A DNA stretch of 51,507 nucleotides from positions 1 to 51,507 of the forward strand of contig CAYMTX010000001.1 of the NCBI GenBank assembly GCA_964393475.1, in the 5' to 3' direction. Source of the stretch: an uncultured Roseburia sp. (lineage in GTDB: Bacteria; Bacillota; Clostridia; Lachnospirales; Lachnospiraceae). Below the pieces are notes generated by a model. It was not told the origin of the DNA. It saw nothing but the letters and a program-made list of their open reading frames with translations, and did no database searches. Position 1 is the stretch's first letter; each line of letters begins with the position of its first letter. Shown piece after piece: positions 18,058 to 27,088 of the stretch. The translations under genes and the position numbers were made by a program.

Positions 18058-18069
18058 TGAACATGTTCA
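18058..18069. promoter_or_regulatory. putative TetR operator, copy 2
   Basis: Perfect palindrome TGAACATGTTCA between the -10 box and the tetR RBS. Confidence 0.7.
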
Positions 18070-18083
18070 CAAAAGGAGGAGTT

Positions 18084-18608
18084 ATGCCAAAGATTATAGA
18101 AAATCTTCGCGAGAAGTTACTTGAAGAAGCAAAGTATCAAGTAATGAATCAGGGATATTCGGCAATGACAATCCGTTCAGTAGCAAGCGCGTGTGGTGTA
18201 GGCGTGGGAACAGTATATAATTACTTCTCATCCAAAGATATGCTGGTAGCCGCTTTTATGCTGGAAGACTGGAGGGAATGTATGAAGGTGATTGAAGCGG
18301 AATGTATTACGGAAAAGGGGGTAGATACTGCGATTCGTTGTATTTACGATGAACTGCGGAAGTTTATGGAAAAGTATGCGCCCCTGTTCTCGGATAAGGA
18401 TGCCGAGGAAAGTTCATCGGCAACAATGCATCAGCGACATGGAATGTTGCGTGAACAGATTGCAAAACCGCTTTTGCCACTTTGCGAGTTACAGAATAAG
18501 GCAGATGCAGCATTCTTAGCAGAATTTGTTGCAGAATCATTGCTGTCGTGGAGTCAGACAGAGCGCAGGTTCGAAGATATTGAAAGCATACTCTTACAAT
18601 TATTTTAA
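18084..18608 (+). CDS. TetR/AcrR family transcriptional regulator
   Basis: GYSAMTIRSVASACGVGVGTVYNYFSSKD HTH; AGGAGG RBS before ATG 18084. Confidence 0.95.
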   Translation: MPKIIENLREKLLEEAKYQVMNQGYSAMTIRSVASACGVGVGTVYNYFSSKDMLVAAFMLEDWRECMKVIEAECITEKGVDTAIRCIYDELRKFMEKYAPLFSDKDAEESSSATMHQRHGMLREQIAKPLLPLCELQNKADAAFLAEFVAESLLSWSQTERRFEDIESILLQLF

Positions 18609-18626
18609 AAAAAGGAGACAACGGAA

Positions 18627-19559
18627 ATGAGCAGTTTTGAAAATTTACGGGTAGTAGACAATTTTTATCAGACATCTTTATTTTTCCCAATGCCAACTGT
18701 AGTTATTACTACGTTGTGTGAGGACGGTACAACTTCAGCAGGACCATATTCTTTGGTTCAGCCATATTATGTTGCAGGGAAAGATTATTATGCAATGTTG
18801 CTGAGCTGCCGTAATTCATCGAATACGGCACAACACATTTTAAAAAATGGTAAATGTGCATTGAATTTTATCTCAGATGAACCAAAATACTTTAAGGAAT
18901 GCGTGAAGTTAAGCTGGCCGGGGGATAAACCGGAAGAAAAAATGCCGAAATGTAACTTCCGTTTTGAGAAGAGTATGATTGAAGAAGAGAATCCGGAAGA
19001 TAAACGTCCACAGGTTCTTACCGATGCCATTCAGGTTATTGAATGTACCTGGGTACGTGAATTAGACGGCGCAGATAAAGACATGCCGGGTGAGTTAAAC
19101 GGATATGAACCTCCATATCATGATTTTAATGGTATTACAAGTAAGTTCGGAGCTCATTTTATTTTAAAAGTAGATAAAATCTTAATGAAGAAGAAATACG
19201 CAGATGCTATCATTAACGGTGTAAAAGGAAGAGATTTCCCACATCTTCCTGTTGATTATGGCTATCGTGACAGTAAGAATTTCTGGTATCACAGATGGAA
19301 CTGGATGCACGCAGAGTTATTGCAGATGCGCCAGGCGAGCTTAGAATCCGTTCGTTATGCGGCTGACCGTGCAGATGACAAGATTAAATTTACGGATGAA
19401 GCACTGATGACTATTTTGGGTGTGCCACGTGTATTCTTGTCAACGGTACTAAAAGGTTGCGTGGAATGGGCAAGAGAGAACAATGTGGAATTAATAACAG
19501 AAGAGCATATGAAAATTATTAATGACAAACGTTCGAAAGAGAAAAGTAAAAAGAAATAA
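18627..19559 (+). CDS. flavin-reductase-like split-barrel protein fused to a C-terminal PCP_red-like domain
   Basis: PMPTVVITT..EDG....GPYS, SNTAQHILKNGKCALNF, IECT; C-terminus FTDEALMTILGVPRVFL...VEWARENNVELITEEHM. Confidence 0.7.
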   Translation: MSSFENLRVVDNFYQTSLFFPMPTVVITTLCEDGTTSAGPYSLVQPYYVAGKDYYAMLLSCRNSSNTAQHILKNGKCALNFISDEPKYFKECVKLSWPGDKPEEKMPKCNFRFEKSMIEEENPEDKRPQVLTDAIQVIECTWVRELDGADKDMPGELNGYEPPYHDFNGITSKFGAHFILKVDKILMKKKYADAIINGVKGRDFPHLPVDYGYRDSKNFWYHRWNWMHAELLQMRQASLESVRYAADRADDKIKFTDEALMTILGVPRVFLSTVLKGCVEWARENNVELITEEHMKIINDKRSKEKSKKK

Positions 19560-19591
19560 AAGTAGCTGTTTACAGAAAGCGAGGGTTTAAT

Positions 19592-20392
19592 ATGGGTTGG
19601 AATTTTTTAGCCATTTTTTATGTAATTAGTTTAGTTGTTTGTTTAGTAGGATTTTACAAATACGTATATTTTCTTTCTATCGGATATGGTTTCGCTGTGT
19701 CGGGAATTGGTATCGGAATGGCAATCATGATGATTACAGGAGCACTTCCGGCATCGCTTCCAATGTTTATTTTCTGCGCATTGTACATAATTTATGGTAT
19801 CCGTTTGTCAGGATTCCTTTTGGTGCGTGAAATCAAAAATGCTTCTTACCGTAAGACATTAAAAGAAGCGACCGGTGAAGAATCAGCAATGCCGATTTTT
19901 GTTAAATTAGCAATTTGGATTGTTACAAGTATTCTTTATGTGGCACAAACATCACCGGTATTCTTCCGTGCATACAATGGAAAAGATACGACGGTTTTTA
20001 TTTGGGTAGGCATCGTAATTTCAGCATTCGGTATCTGTTTAGAAGCACTTGCCGATCAGCAGAAGAGTGCCCAGAAAAAAGAGAATCCAAGTAAAGTTGC
20101 TACACAGGGCTTATACAAAATAGTTCGTTGTCCAAATTACTTTGGTGAAATTTTATTCTGGACAGGTGTGTTTGCAGCATCATTAGATGCGTTAAATTCC
20201 GTAGGTCAGTGGGTAATGGCAATTATCGGTTATATCTGCATTGTATTCATTATGTTTAATGGTGCACAACGTTTGGAAAAACGTCAGATGGCACGTTATG
20301 GTAATGATAAAGAGTATAATGACTATGCAAATAAGACACCAATCATTATTCCATTCTTACCAATCTATCATTTAAACAAAGTAGAGAAGTAG
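19592..20392 (+). CDS. DUF1295 family (steroid 5-alpha-reductase-like) membrane protein
   Basis: Multi-TM; YGIRLSGFL, EALADQQKS, TQGLYKIVRCPNYFGEILFW, Y..YANKTP. Confidence 0.88.
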   Translation: MGWNFLAIFYVISLVVCLVGFYKYVYFLSIGYGFAVSGIGIGMAIMMITGALPASLPMFIFCALYIIYGIRLSGFLLVREIKNASYRKTLKEATGEESAMPIFVKLAIWIVTSILYVAQTSPVFFRAYNGKDTTVFIWVGIVISAFGICLEALADQQKSAQKKENPSKVATQGLYKIVRCPNYFGEILFWTGVFAASLDALNSVGQWVMAIIGYICIVFIMFNGAQRLEKRQMARYGNDKEYNDYANKTPIIIPFLPIYHLNKVEK

Positions 20393-20427
20393 AAAGTGTT
20401 ACATAAGTAGTTATGAAAATGAATAGG

Positions 20428-20773
20428 AGGAAATTTCCATGAAGGATTTTTCTATTGCAATGGCATTAGTCGATTATATACCGGTGATTCTCTTTTTAAT
20501 CGCGTCAATTATATTACAGCGTGATTTGTATAATAAAATGAGTAAAGGTGCGTTTGCACTTTTTTCAGCGGGTACAATCAATATTTTTTCGGCAGGTGCG
20601 AGGAAATTTCCATGAAGGATTTTTCTATTGCAATGGCATTAGTCGATTATATACCGGTGATTCTCTTTTTAATCGCGTCAATTATATTACAGCGTGATTT
20701 GTATAATAAAATGAGTAAAGGTGCGTTTGCACTTTTTTCAGCGGGTACAATCAATATTTTTTCGGCAGGTGCG
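20428..20773 (+). repeat. exact 173-bp tandem duplication of the RBS and first 54 codons of the downstream gene
   Basis: 20428-20600 is identical to 20601-20773. Confidence 0.95.
20439..20615 (+). pseudogene. truncated 58-aa copy of the membrane-protein N-terminus created by the duplication
   Basis: MKDFSIAMAL...IFSAGA-RKFP*; its TGA overlaps the ATG at 20612. Confidence 0.7.
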
Positions 20774-21241
20774 TTAAAAGCGACTTATAAATTATTATAT
20801 GCAGCAGGTATTTGTGATTTTGCGCCGTTGAACGAAATGTTTTTTCCGGTGCAGTCTATCGGATTCCTGTTAGCCGGTATAGGTATGTTGGCAATGATTT
20901 TCCACAAACAAGGAAACGGAACAGTCGCATTATCTGTGGCTCCGGTTGTATGGAGGGGAACGTTCCTTTTTGTAGGTCTTATGGTTGCAGGATTAGGCTG
21001 CATGGATGCGGGATTAATGATTCTTTCCGGTAGATTAAAAAAACATTCTGCAATCGTATTTTTTGCCGTGTCATTTGTTTGCTCAATGGGAATGGGCTAT
21101 CTTTCTTCGCAGGATTTTGCACAGGCAAGCATGAACTGGATTGCGGAAGGCGTGAACGTAGTAGGGCAGGCTTGTCTGTTAGGTGGTGTGTGGATGCTTC
21201 ATAAAGCGGGGTTGGCGGACTACAAGATTCCAAGAAAATAA
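20612..21241 (+). CDS. hypothetical integral membrane protein (about 6-7 TM)
   Basis: 209-aa strongly hydrophobic ORF inside the TetR operon. Confidence 0.8.
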   Translation: MKDFSIAMALVDYIPVILFLIASIILQRDLYNKMSKGAFALFSAGTINIFSAGALKATYKLLYAAGICDFAPLNEMFFPVQSIGFLLAGIGMLAMIFHKQGNGTVALSVAPVVWRGTFLFVGLMVAGLGCMDAGLMILSGRLKKHSAIVFFAVSFVCSMGMGYLSSQDFAQASMNWIAEGVNVVGQACLLGGVWMLHKAGLADYKIPRK

Positions 21242-21278
21242 TGTTTTTGCGATAAGTTGCTCAGAAATGGAGATTTAA

Positions 21279-21926
21279 ATGAAACAGTTATTAGAAATTT
21301 TACAACAAGACTTCGAATTAGAGGAACTTGGTGCAGGTGAGTTTTCTAAGATTAAAGTGAACGGAATGAATTTTACAATTAACCGATATCATGCAAAAGG
21401 TCTTGGTAACGTATCTACAATGGAGATGAAAGGTTTTTTCGGACTGATGAAGATGGATACTTTCATTATTAATGCTACGGAGTGTGATATGCCGTTGTTT
21501 TCGTATGACAGAGTCTTTGCAATGGGAAATGATACATTGATGCTGGAGATTTTTGATACAATGTTAGAGAGCAGAGATTTGTCCGGGATGAAGACCGTAC
21601 AGGCTCGTTACGCAAACCTTCCGGAACATGATATGGGAAGTCATTGGTATGATGATATTAAAATGAAAGTCAGCCTTGCGAAAAAGGGAAAGAAAAAAGA
21701 TACACCGGTTTATGATAAGCTAAAAAATGAATACTTTACAGAATATGTAAAGGCGGCAAAGGCAGCACCGGTATGTGAAGGCGACGCTAAGAAGGAAAAA
21801 GCTTCTGTCTATGTAGAGGGGCTTCTTTCTAACGGCGGACCGGCAGCAAGCGTCTTTATTAAAAATTATGGAGCAGAGAAGACAGCAGCATTCTTTAGAG
21901 AGGTGTTGTTTGGAACTGCCAAATAA
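21279..21926 (+). CDS. ferredoxin-dependent bilin reductase (PcyA/PebA/PebB/HY2/RCCR-fold)-like protein
   Basis: DMPLFSYDRV resembles the FDBR DLP.FG.D motif; C-terminal Y....L.NGGPAASVFIKNYGAEKTAAFFREVLF resembles the FDBR terminal helix pair; 215 aa. Recognised from memory only. Confidence 0.65.
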   Translation: MKQLLEILQQDFELEELGAGEFSKIKVNGMNFTINRYHAKGLGNVSTMEMKGFFGLMKMDTFIINATECDMPLFSYDRVFAMGNDTLMLEIFDTMLESRDLSGMKTVQARYANLPEHDMGSHWYDDIKMKVSLAKKGKKKDTPVYDKLKNEYFTEYVKAAKAAPVCEGDAKKEKASVYVEGLLSNGGPAASVFIKNYGAEKTAAFFREVLFGTAK

Positions 21927-22024
21927 GTGCTTGTCGTATGGTCTTTTACGTGCACCAAATTTTAGGGTTTTTTGATATTATACCCTAAAATTTGGTGCAC
22001 GTAAAAGACCATACGACAAGCACT
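21926..22024. repeat. perfect 43-bp inverted repeat with 13-nt loop
   Basis: agtgcttgtcgtatggtcttttacgtgcaccaaattttagggt (21926-21968) and its exact reverse complement (21982-22024). Confidence 0.95.
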
Positions 22025-22089
22025 ATTTTCTCTAGTAAATAAAGGGAAAGAGTGCTATAATCGCAGAAAGAACGAGAAAGGGGAAAACT

Positions 22090-23469
22090 ATGATATCGAA
22101 ATTGTTGTTAACAGAAGTATTGCAAAAAGCAATGTCAACGGGTGCAGATTTTGCAGAAGTGTATGTTGAAAATACCAAAGAAAATAATATTCATATGATT
22201 GATAATAAGATTGAGTCTGTGAAAGACCGTCTTATTTCAGGTGTCGGTATTCGTATATTGAAAGGAACACGGTGCATTACCGGTTCCACATCTTCTTTGG
22301 AGAGAAGTGATTTATTGGCATGTGCAACGCGTGTGGCAGATGCATTAGATGATGTACCGGAAGGAAAGAGCATTCATCTGGTAGAGCGTATTTTTGGAGA
22401 TATTCATCCAATTCGTATTGTGCCGGAAAGTGCAGGGGTAAAGGCAAAAACAGATCTTTTGAAAGAAGGGTATTTTGCTGCAAAAAATTATCATCAGGAT
22501 ATTACACAGGTGTCTGCTAATCTGTTAGATTTTGACCACAATATTTTAATTGCAAACAGTGATGGGTTACTGGCGACGGACAGACAGATTCGTACCCGTA
22601 TGATGATAGATGCAATTGCAAGCAAAAATGGTGAGAATCAGGATGGTTCCTGCCGTCCGGGCCGTCGTATGGGCTTAGAAATGTTTGAAACAATTTCACC
22701 GAAGGAGATTGGTATACAAGCAGCGAGACAGGCAATCACCATGTTAAACGCCGGATATATTCAGGCAGGCAGATTCCCGGTTGCAATTGAGAACGGTTTT
22801 GGTGGCGTTATTTTCCATGAGGCATGCGGACATTCGCTGGAAGCATCTTGTGTTTCTATCGGACAGTCACAATTCTGTGGAAAACTTGGTCAGAAAATTG
22901 CTAACGAAAAAGTAACTGCCATTGATGATGGTACGATTCCGAATGCATGGGGTTCTATTAATATTGACGATGAAGGTACTCCGGCGCAGAGAAAAGTACT
23001 TATTGAAAATGGTATTTTAAAGAGTTATATGGTAGATAAGTTAAATGGTAGAAGAATGGGCATAGAAGGAAATGGTTCTTCCCGTAGACAGGGATACCAG
23101 TTTGCACCGACTTCCCGCATGACAAATACATATATTGACAATGGACCGGATAAAAACGAGGATATTATCAAGTCGATTGAATATGGTCTTTATGCAAAAG
23201 AAATGGGTGGCGGTTCTGTTAATCCGACTACCGGTGCATTTAATTTTGCTGTTAAAGAAGGTTATATTATCCGAAATGGTGAAATCTGTGAAGCGGTTCG
23301 TGGTGCAAGTTTAATCGGAAAAGGCTCGGATGTTATTATGGATATTGATATGGTGGGTCAGAATCTGGCAACCGGACAGGGTATGTGCGGTGCATCAAGC
23401 GGAAGTATTCCAACAGACGTAGGTCAGCCGCTTATCCGCGTATCATCAATTACAGTAGGTGGAAGATAG
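22090..23469 (+). CDS. tldD: TldD metalloprotease subunit
   Basis: GADFAEVYVE, GVGIR, FHEACGHSLE (HExxGH), IDDEG, PTSRMTNT, C-terminal GMCG...GQP. Confidence 0.92.
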   Translation: MISKLLLTEVLQKAMSTGADFAEVYVENTKENNIHMIDNKIESVKDRLISGVGIRILKGTRCITGSTSSLERSDLLACATRVADALDDVPEGKSIHLVERIFGDIHPIRIVPESAGVKAKTDLLKEGYFAAKNYHQDITQVSANLLDFDHNILIANSDGLLATDRQIRTRMMIDAIASKNGENQDGSCRPGRRMGLEMFETISPKEIGIQAARQAITMLNAGYIQAGRFPVAIENGFGGVIFHEACGHSLEASCVSIGQSQFCGKLGQKIANEKVTAIDDGTIPNAWGSINIDDEGTPAQRKVLIENGILKSYMVDKLNGRRMGIEGNGSSRRQGYQFAPTSRMTNTYIDNGPDKNEDIIKSIEYGLYAKEMGGGSVNPTTGAFNFAVKEGYIIRNGEICEAVRGASLIGKGSDVIMDIDMVGQNLATGQGMCGASSGSIPTDVGQPLIRVSSITVGGR

Positions 23470-23482
23470 GAGGCAGCAGGAA

Positions 23483-24832
23483 ATGAGATATGATGAATTT
23501 AAGAATTATGTAGTAGAAGCTGCACAGAAAAAAGGACTTGTTGAGTATGAACTTTATTATACGGAGAGTGAAAGTGTAAGCACAGAAACGTTAATGCATG
23601 AAGTTAGCAGTTTCCAGACTACCGGTGAAGCAGGAGCTTGCTTCCGCTGCATATATAAGGATAAGATGGGGTATGCTTCTACTGAATTATTTACAGCAGA
23701 AGAAGCCGAGCGTATCGTTAACGTTGCAATGGAAAATGCTGCTATTATCGAAATCGAGGACGAAGTATTTATTCATGAGGCGGGAGATTCCTATGTAGAA
23801 TTAGAACCTCAGAAAACTTATGAGCCGACTTCCGCTGAAATGATTGAAAAAGCATTTGCACTCGAAAAGGATTTGTACGCGTCAGATGAGAGAGTGATGG
23901 ATGGCTCACAAGCATTTTTCGGATTTGGAAAAGAGACGGTTGCACTTTGTAATTCAAAGGGCTTAGACCTTTCTTACAGTAGAGATTATTCAGAGTATGG
24001 TGCAGTTGCAGTGATTAAAGAGGGCGAGGAAATGTTTAACGCTTTTTCTGTTAAGGCGTGTGATTTCCAAGATGCAGATACAGACGTGCTTGCCAAGAAG
24101 GTTGTGCAGGAGGCGGTAGATTCGATTGGCCATGAGTCGGTGTCAAGCGGAACCTATAATATTGTGTTTTCTAACAAAATGATGGCAAGTATGCTTCAGA
24201 CCTTCTTTAGCATTTTCTCGGCAGAAAATGCACAACGGGGTCTTTCTCTTCTGAATGGAAAAGAGGGAGAAGTAATCGCATCGGATGTTGTGACGATTAT
24301 GGATGATCCATTCCGCAAGGAAACGTATAACTGCATGCCATTCGATGGTGAAGGAGTTGCAACGTATTCAAAAGCGGTAGTGGAAAAAGGCCGGTTGAAG
24401 ACATTACTTCACAATCTTACAACTGCACACAAAGCAGGTATTGCATCTACCGGTAACGGACGTAAAGCGGGATATGCAGCGCCGGTTGCAATTTTACCAT
24501 ATAATTTCTTTGTAGAAAAAGGCGGCGAAGGAACGAAAGAGGAGTTGTTTGCAAAAGTCGGTGAAGGCATTTATGTAACGGAAATTAACGGTATGCATGC
24601 AGGTGCTAACGCAGTAACGGGCGATTTCTCGCTTGCGGCGGAAGGATTTTTGGTGACCGGTGGCAAACGTTCCTACGCTATTAAGAATTTTACAATTTCA
24701 GGTAATTATTATGAATTGCTAAAAAATATAGTGGCAGTAGGTGATGATTTGGAATTCGGAGCACCACACGGCGGATGCACTTATGGTTCGCCAAGTGTAT
24801 GGGTAAAAGAGATTTCTGTAGCAGGTAAGTGA
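23483..24832 (+). CDS. pmbA: PmbA/TldE non-catalytic subunit
   Basis: PFDGEG, STGNG, NAVTGDFS, TISGN; lacks HExxH; adjacent to tldD. Confidence 0.88.
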   Translation: MRYDEFKNYVVEAAQKKGLVEYELYYTESESVSTETLMHEVSSFQTTGEAGACFRCIYKDKMGYASTELFTAEEAERIVNVAMENAAIIEIEDEVFIHEAGDSYVELEPQKTYEPTSAEMIEKAFALEKDLYASDERVMDGSQAFFGFGKETVALCNSKGLDLSYSRDYSEYGAVAVIKEGEEMFNAFSVKACDFQDADTDVLAKKVVQEAVDSIGHESVSSGTYNIVFSNKMMASMLQTFFSIFSAENAQRGLSLLNGKEGEVIASDVVTIMDDPFRKETYNCMPFDGEGVATYSKAVVEKGRLKTLLHNLTTAHKAGIASTGNGRKAGYAAPVAILPYNFFVEKGGEGTKEELFAKVGEGIYVTEINGMHAGANAVTGDFSLAAEGFLVTGGKRSYAIKNFTISGNYYELLKNIVAVGDDLEFGAPHGGCTYGSPSVWVKEISVAGK

Positions 24833-24867
24833 TAATACTTTTTAATAAAAAAGTAAGGATAGACAGA

Positions 24868-26286
24868 ATGTTTAAGAAGAAATGGGAATGGGAAAAAAAG
24901 CACATCATAGCATTACCGGTGCTTTTGTATGTAGTTAGTCTGGTGGTGTTGTCATTTATTGGTTATTCGGATGGTGATGATGCATTCTTTTTAGAATATT
25001 GTGGCAACATGGGGTTTTTGGAATATCTGAGGTGGCGTTATGAGACCTGGACAGGTCGGATTGCATCAGAAGCAATGATGTACATTTTTTTTAATCTGGA
25101 TTTGTGGGTATGGCGCATTGTGAATGCAGGAATGTTAGTGGCATTGCCGGTTGTGGCGGTGGCTCTGAAAAAAAGAGTAATGTCTGCGGATGAAGAAGCA
25201 ACAGAGAACGGTAGGATGCTTGTAAGTCTGATAATGGCAATGTTGTTTTACTTGTTTTTGGATATTAAGGCATTCGGTTATTCTACAATTTGGATTACAG
25301 GTTCTATGAACTATCTGTGGCCGATGGTATGTGGGATTGCGGCATTATGCGTGGTGGCAGAGGTTACATTTGATGTAAGAAAAGAAAAGGGAATAGCTGC
25401 GTGGAAATTTGTGCTCGCAGTTGTGTGTGCATTGATTGCTACCATGTCCTCAGAACAGATGGGAGCGGTACTGCTGGCATTTGAGATGCTTTGTATTGCT
25501 CAAAAAATCCGGAAAAAACAATCAGTCGGAGGTGGCATTGTTGTATTGACAGCTGCAACAATGGGGGCTTTTGCCGTTTCGTCTCTTTCACCGGGCAATG
25601 ATTTGCGGATAGTAGCTGCAATTGAATATAATATGCCACAGTTTGATGCATTAACTATCGGTGAACGCGGATTTCTTCTGATACAATGGCTGGTATCTTC
25701 TTTTGCAAATGAGAGTGCAGTATTTTTGATTGCAATCTGGCTGATTGGAATACTATTACTTTGGGAGCGCATGCGGGAGAAAAAGGCAGACGGAAAAGAA
25801 TTCATTTCTACGAAATGGTTTATGATAAGTGGCGGTGTATTTCTGATTGTTGCCATACTCGGTAAGTGCGGTGTAACAATACTGAATGATATCGGAATCA
25901 ACCTTGCCGGGCTGACAGGACTTGTTGAGCAGGTGCCACAGGCTGCGGATATGACTGCGGTTCAGTGGGGAACACTTATATGGTGGATTCTGGCACTCAT
26001 ATTTACGTTCTTTTTTCTTTGGAAAGTATCAAAGGGAAGTTGTTTGATATTATTGATTTATTTGGGCGCGGTTGCCAGCGAAGTAATCATGATTTTTTCT
26101 CCGACAATTTACTCTTCCGGAGAGCGTGTATTCTTTTTGGCGGGATTGATGCTTTGGTTTATTGCGATGGTTTTATATGAAACGCTGCCGAAGGGCAAGA
26201 TGCGTGTGATTTATGTGAGCGCATTGCTATGTATAGGACTTGGAAATTTAGTCTTACAGTTACCGGAGCTTATGACCATGCTGTAA
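24868..26286 (+). CDS. DUF6056-like multi-TM protein (GT-C-like membrane glycosyltransferase)
   Basis: GDD, RYETWTGR, WITGSMNYLWP, SSEQ, SPGN..R motifs. Confidence 0.65.
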   Translation: MFKKKWEWEKKHIIALPVLLYVVSLVVLSFIGYSDGDDAFFLEYCGNMGFLEYLRWRYETWTGRIASEAMMYIFFNLDLWVWRIVNAGMLVALPVVAVALKKRVMSADEEATENGRMLVSLIMAMLFYLFLDIKAFGYSTIWITGSMNYLWPMVCGIAALCVVAEVTFDVRKEKGIAAWKFVLAVVCALIATMSSEQMGAVLLAFEMLCIAQKIRKKQSVGGGIVVLTAATMGAFAVSSLSPGNDLRIVAAIEYNMPQFDALTIGERGFLLIQWLVSSFANESAVFLIAIWLIGILLLWERMREKKADGKEFISTKWFMISGGVFLIVAILGKCGVTILNDIGINLAGLTGLVEQVPQAADMTAVQWGTLIWWILALIFTFFFLWKVSKGSCLILLIYLGAVASEVIMIFSPTIYSSGERVFFLAGLMLWFIAMVLYETLPKGKMRVIYVSALLCIGLGNLVLQLPELMTML

Positions 26287-26319
26287 GCGTTGCGAAAATG
26301 CGATGGAATGAGGATAAAG

Positions 26320-27060
26320 ATGAAAAATTATAAATTGATATTGTCGTATGACGGTACACGTTATCAGGGATGGGAACGTCAGAAGACAACGGATATGACG
26401 ATTCAGGGAAAGCTGGAGGCTGTATTGGAGCGCATGGCAGGACATGCGGTTGATGTAATCGGCTGTGGCAGAACGGATGCAGGTGTACATGCAAAAGAGA
26501 TGACGGCAAATGTAAAACTGGATACGGATATGACACCGGAAGAAATCTGTGCATATTTGAATCATTATCTGCCGGAAGACATCGCTGTGTCGGATGTCCG
26601 GATTGCCTCAGAGCGTTTCCACAGTCGTTATAATGCAATTGGTAAAACATACTGTTATACCTGCTACATAGGGAAAGCAAAGCCTGTTTTTGACCGGAAA
26701 TATGTGTATACACTGGAAGAATGTCCGGATGTGCAGGCGATGCGCAAGGCAGCAGAACATCTTGTCGGTACACATGATTTTGCAAGTTTTTGTGCGAATA
26801 AAAAGAAGAAAAAATCCACAGTACGCACTGTGGATAAGATAGAGATAAAGGTGGAAGGCGACTATTTGAAATTTATGTTTCACGGGAACGGCTTTCTGCA
26901 TCATATGGTGCGTATTCTGGTGGGAACGTTACTGGAAGTCGGCTTTAGAAAACGCAGTCCGGAGAGTATGCCGGAGCTACTGGCTGCAAAAGAACGTGCC
27001 GGAGCGGGTGTAACTGCTCCGGCACAGGGATTGTGCATGGTAAGTGCTGATTACCAGTAA
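26320..27060 (+). CDS. truA: tRNA pseudouridine(38-40) synthase
   Basis: YDGTRYQGW, GRTDAGVHA, GTHDFASF, GFLHHMVR, APAQGL. Confidence 0.95.
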   Translation: MKNYKLILSYDGTRYQGWERQKTTDMTIQGKLEAVLERMAGHAVDVIGCGRTDAGVHAKEMTANVKLDTDMTPEEICAYLNHYLPEDIAVSDVRIASERFHSRYNAIGKTYCYTCYIGKAKPVFDRKYVYTLEECPDVQAMRKAAEHLVGTHDFASFCANKKKKKSTVRTVDKIEIKVEGDYLKFMFHGNGFLHHMVRILVGTLLEVGFRKRSPESMPELLAAKERAGAGVTAPAQGLCMVSADYQ

Positions 27061-27088
27061 GTCGCTATCCGGTGGTGTTTGCAACCGC

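Noticed and set aside
22090-24832. TldD/PmbA as part of a RiPP cluster or of the TetR regulon
   Set aside because: No precursor peptide or YcaO gene nearby; it has its own extended -10 and is separated by the large hairpin.
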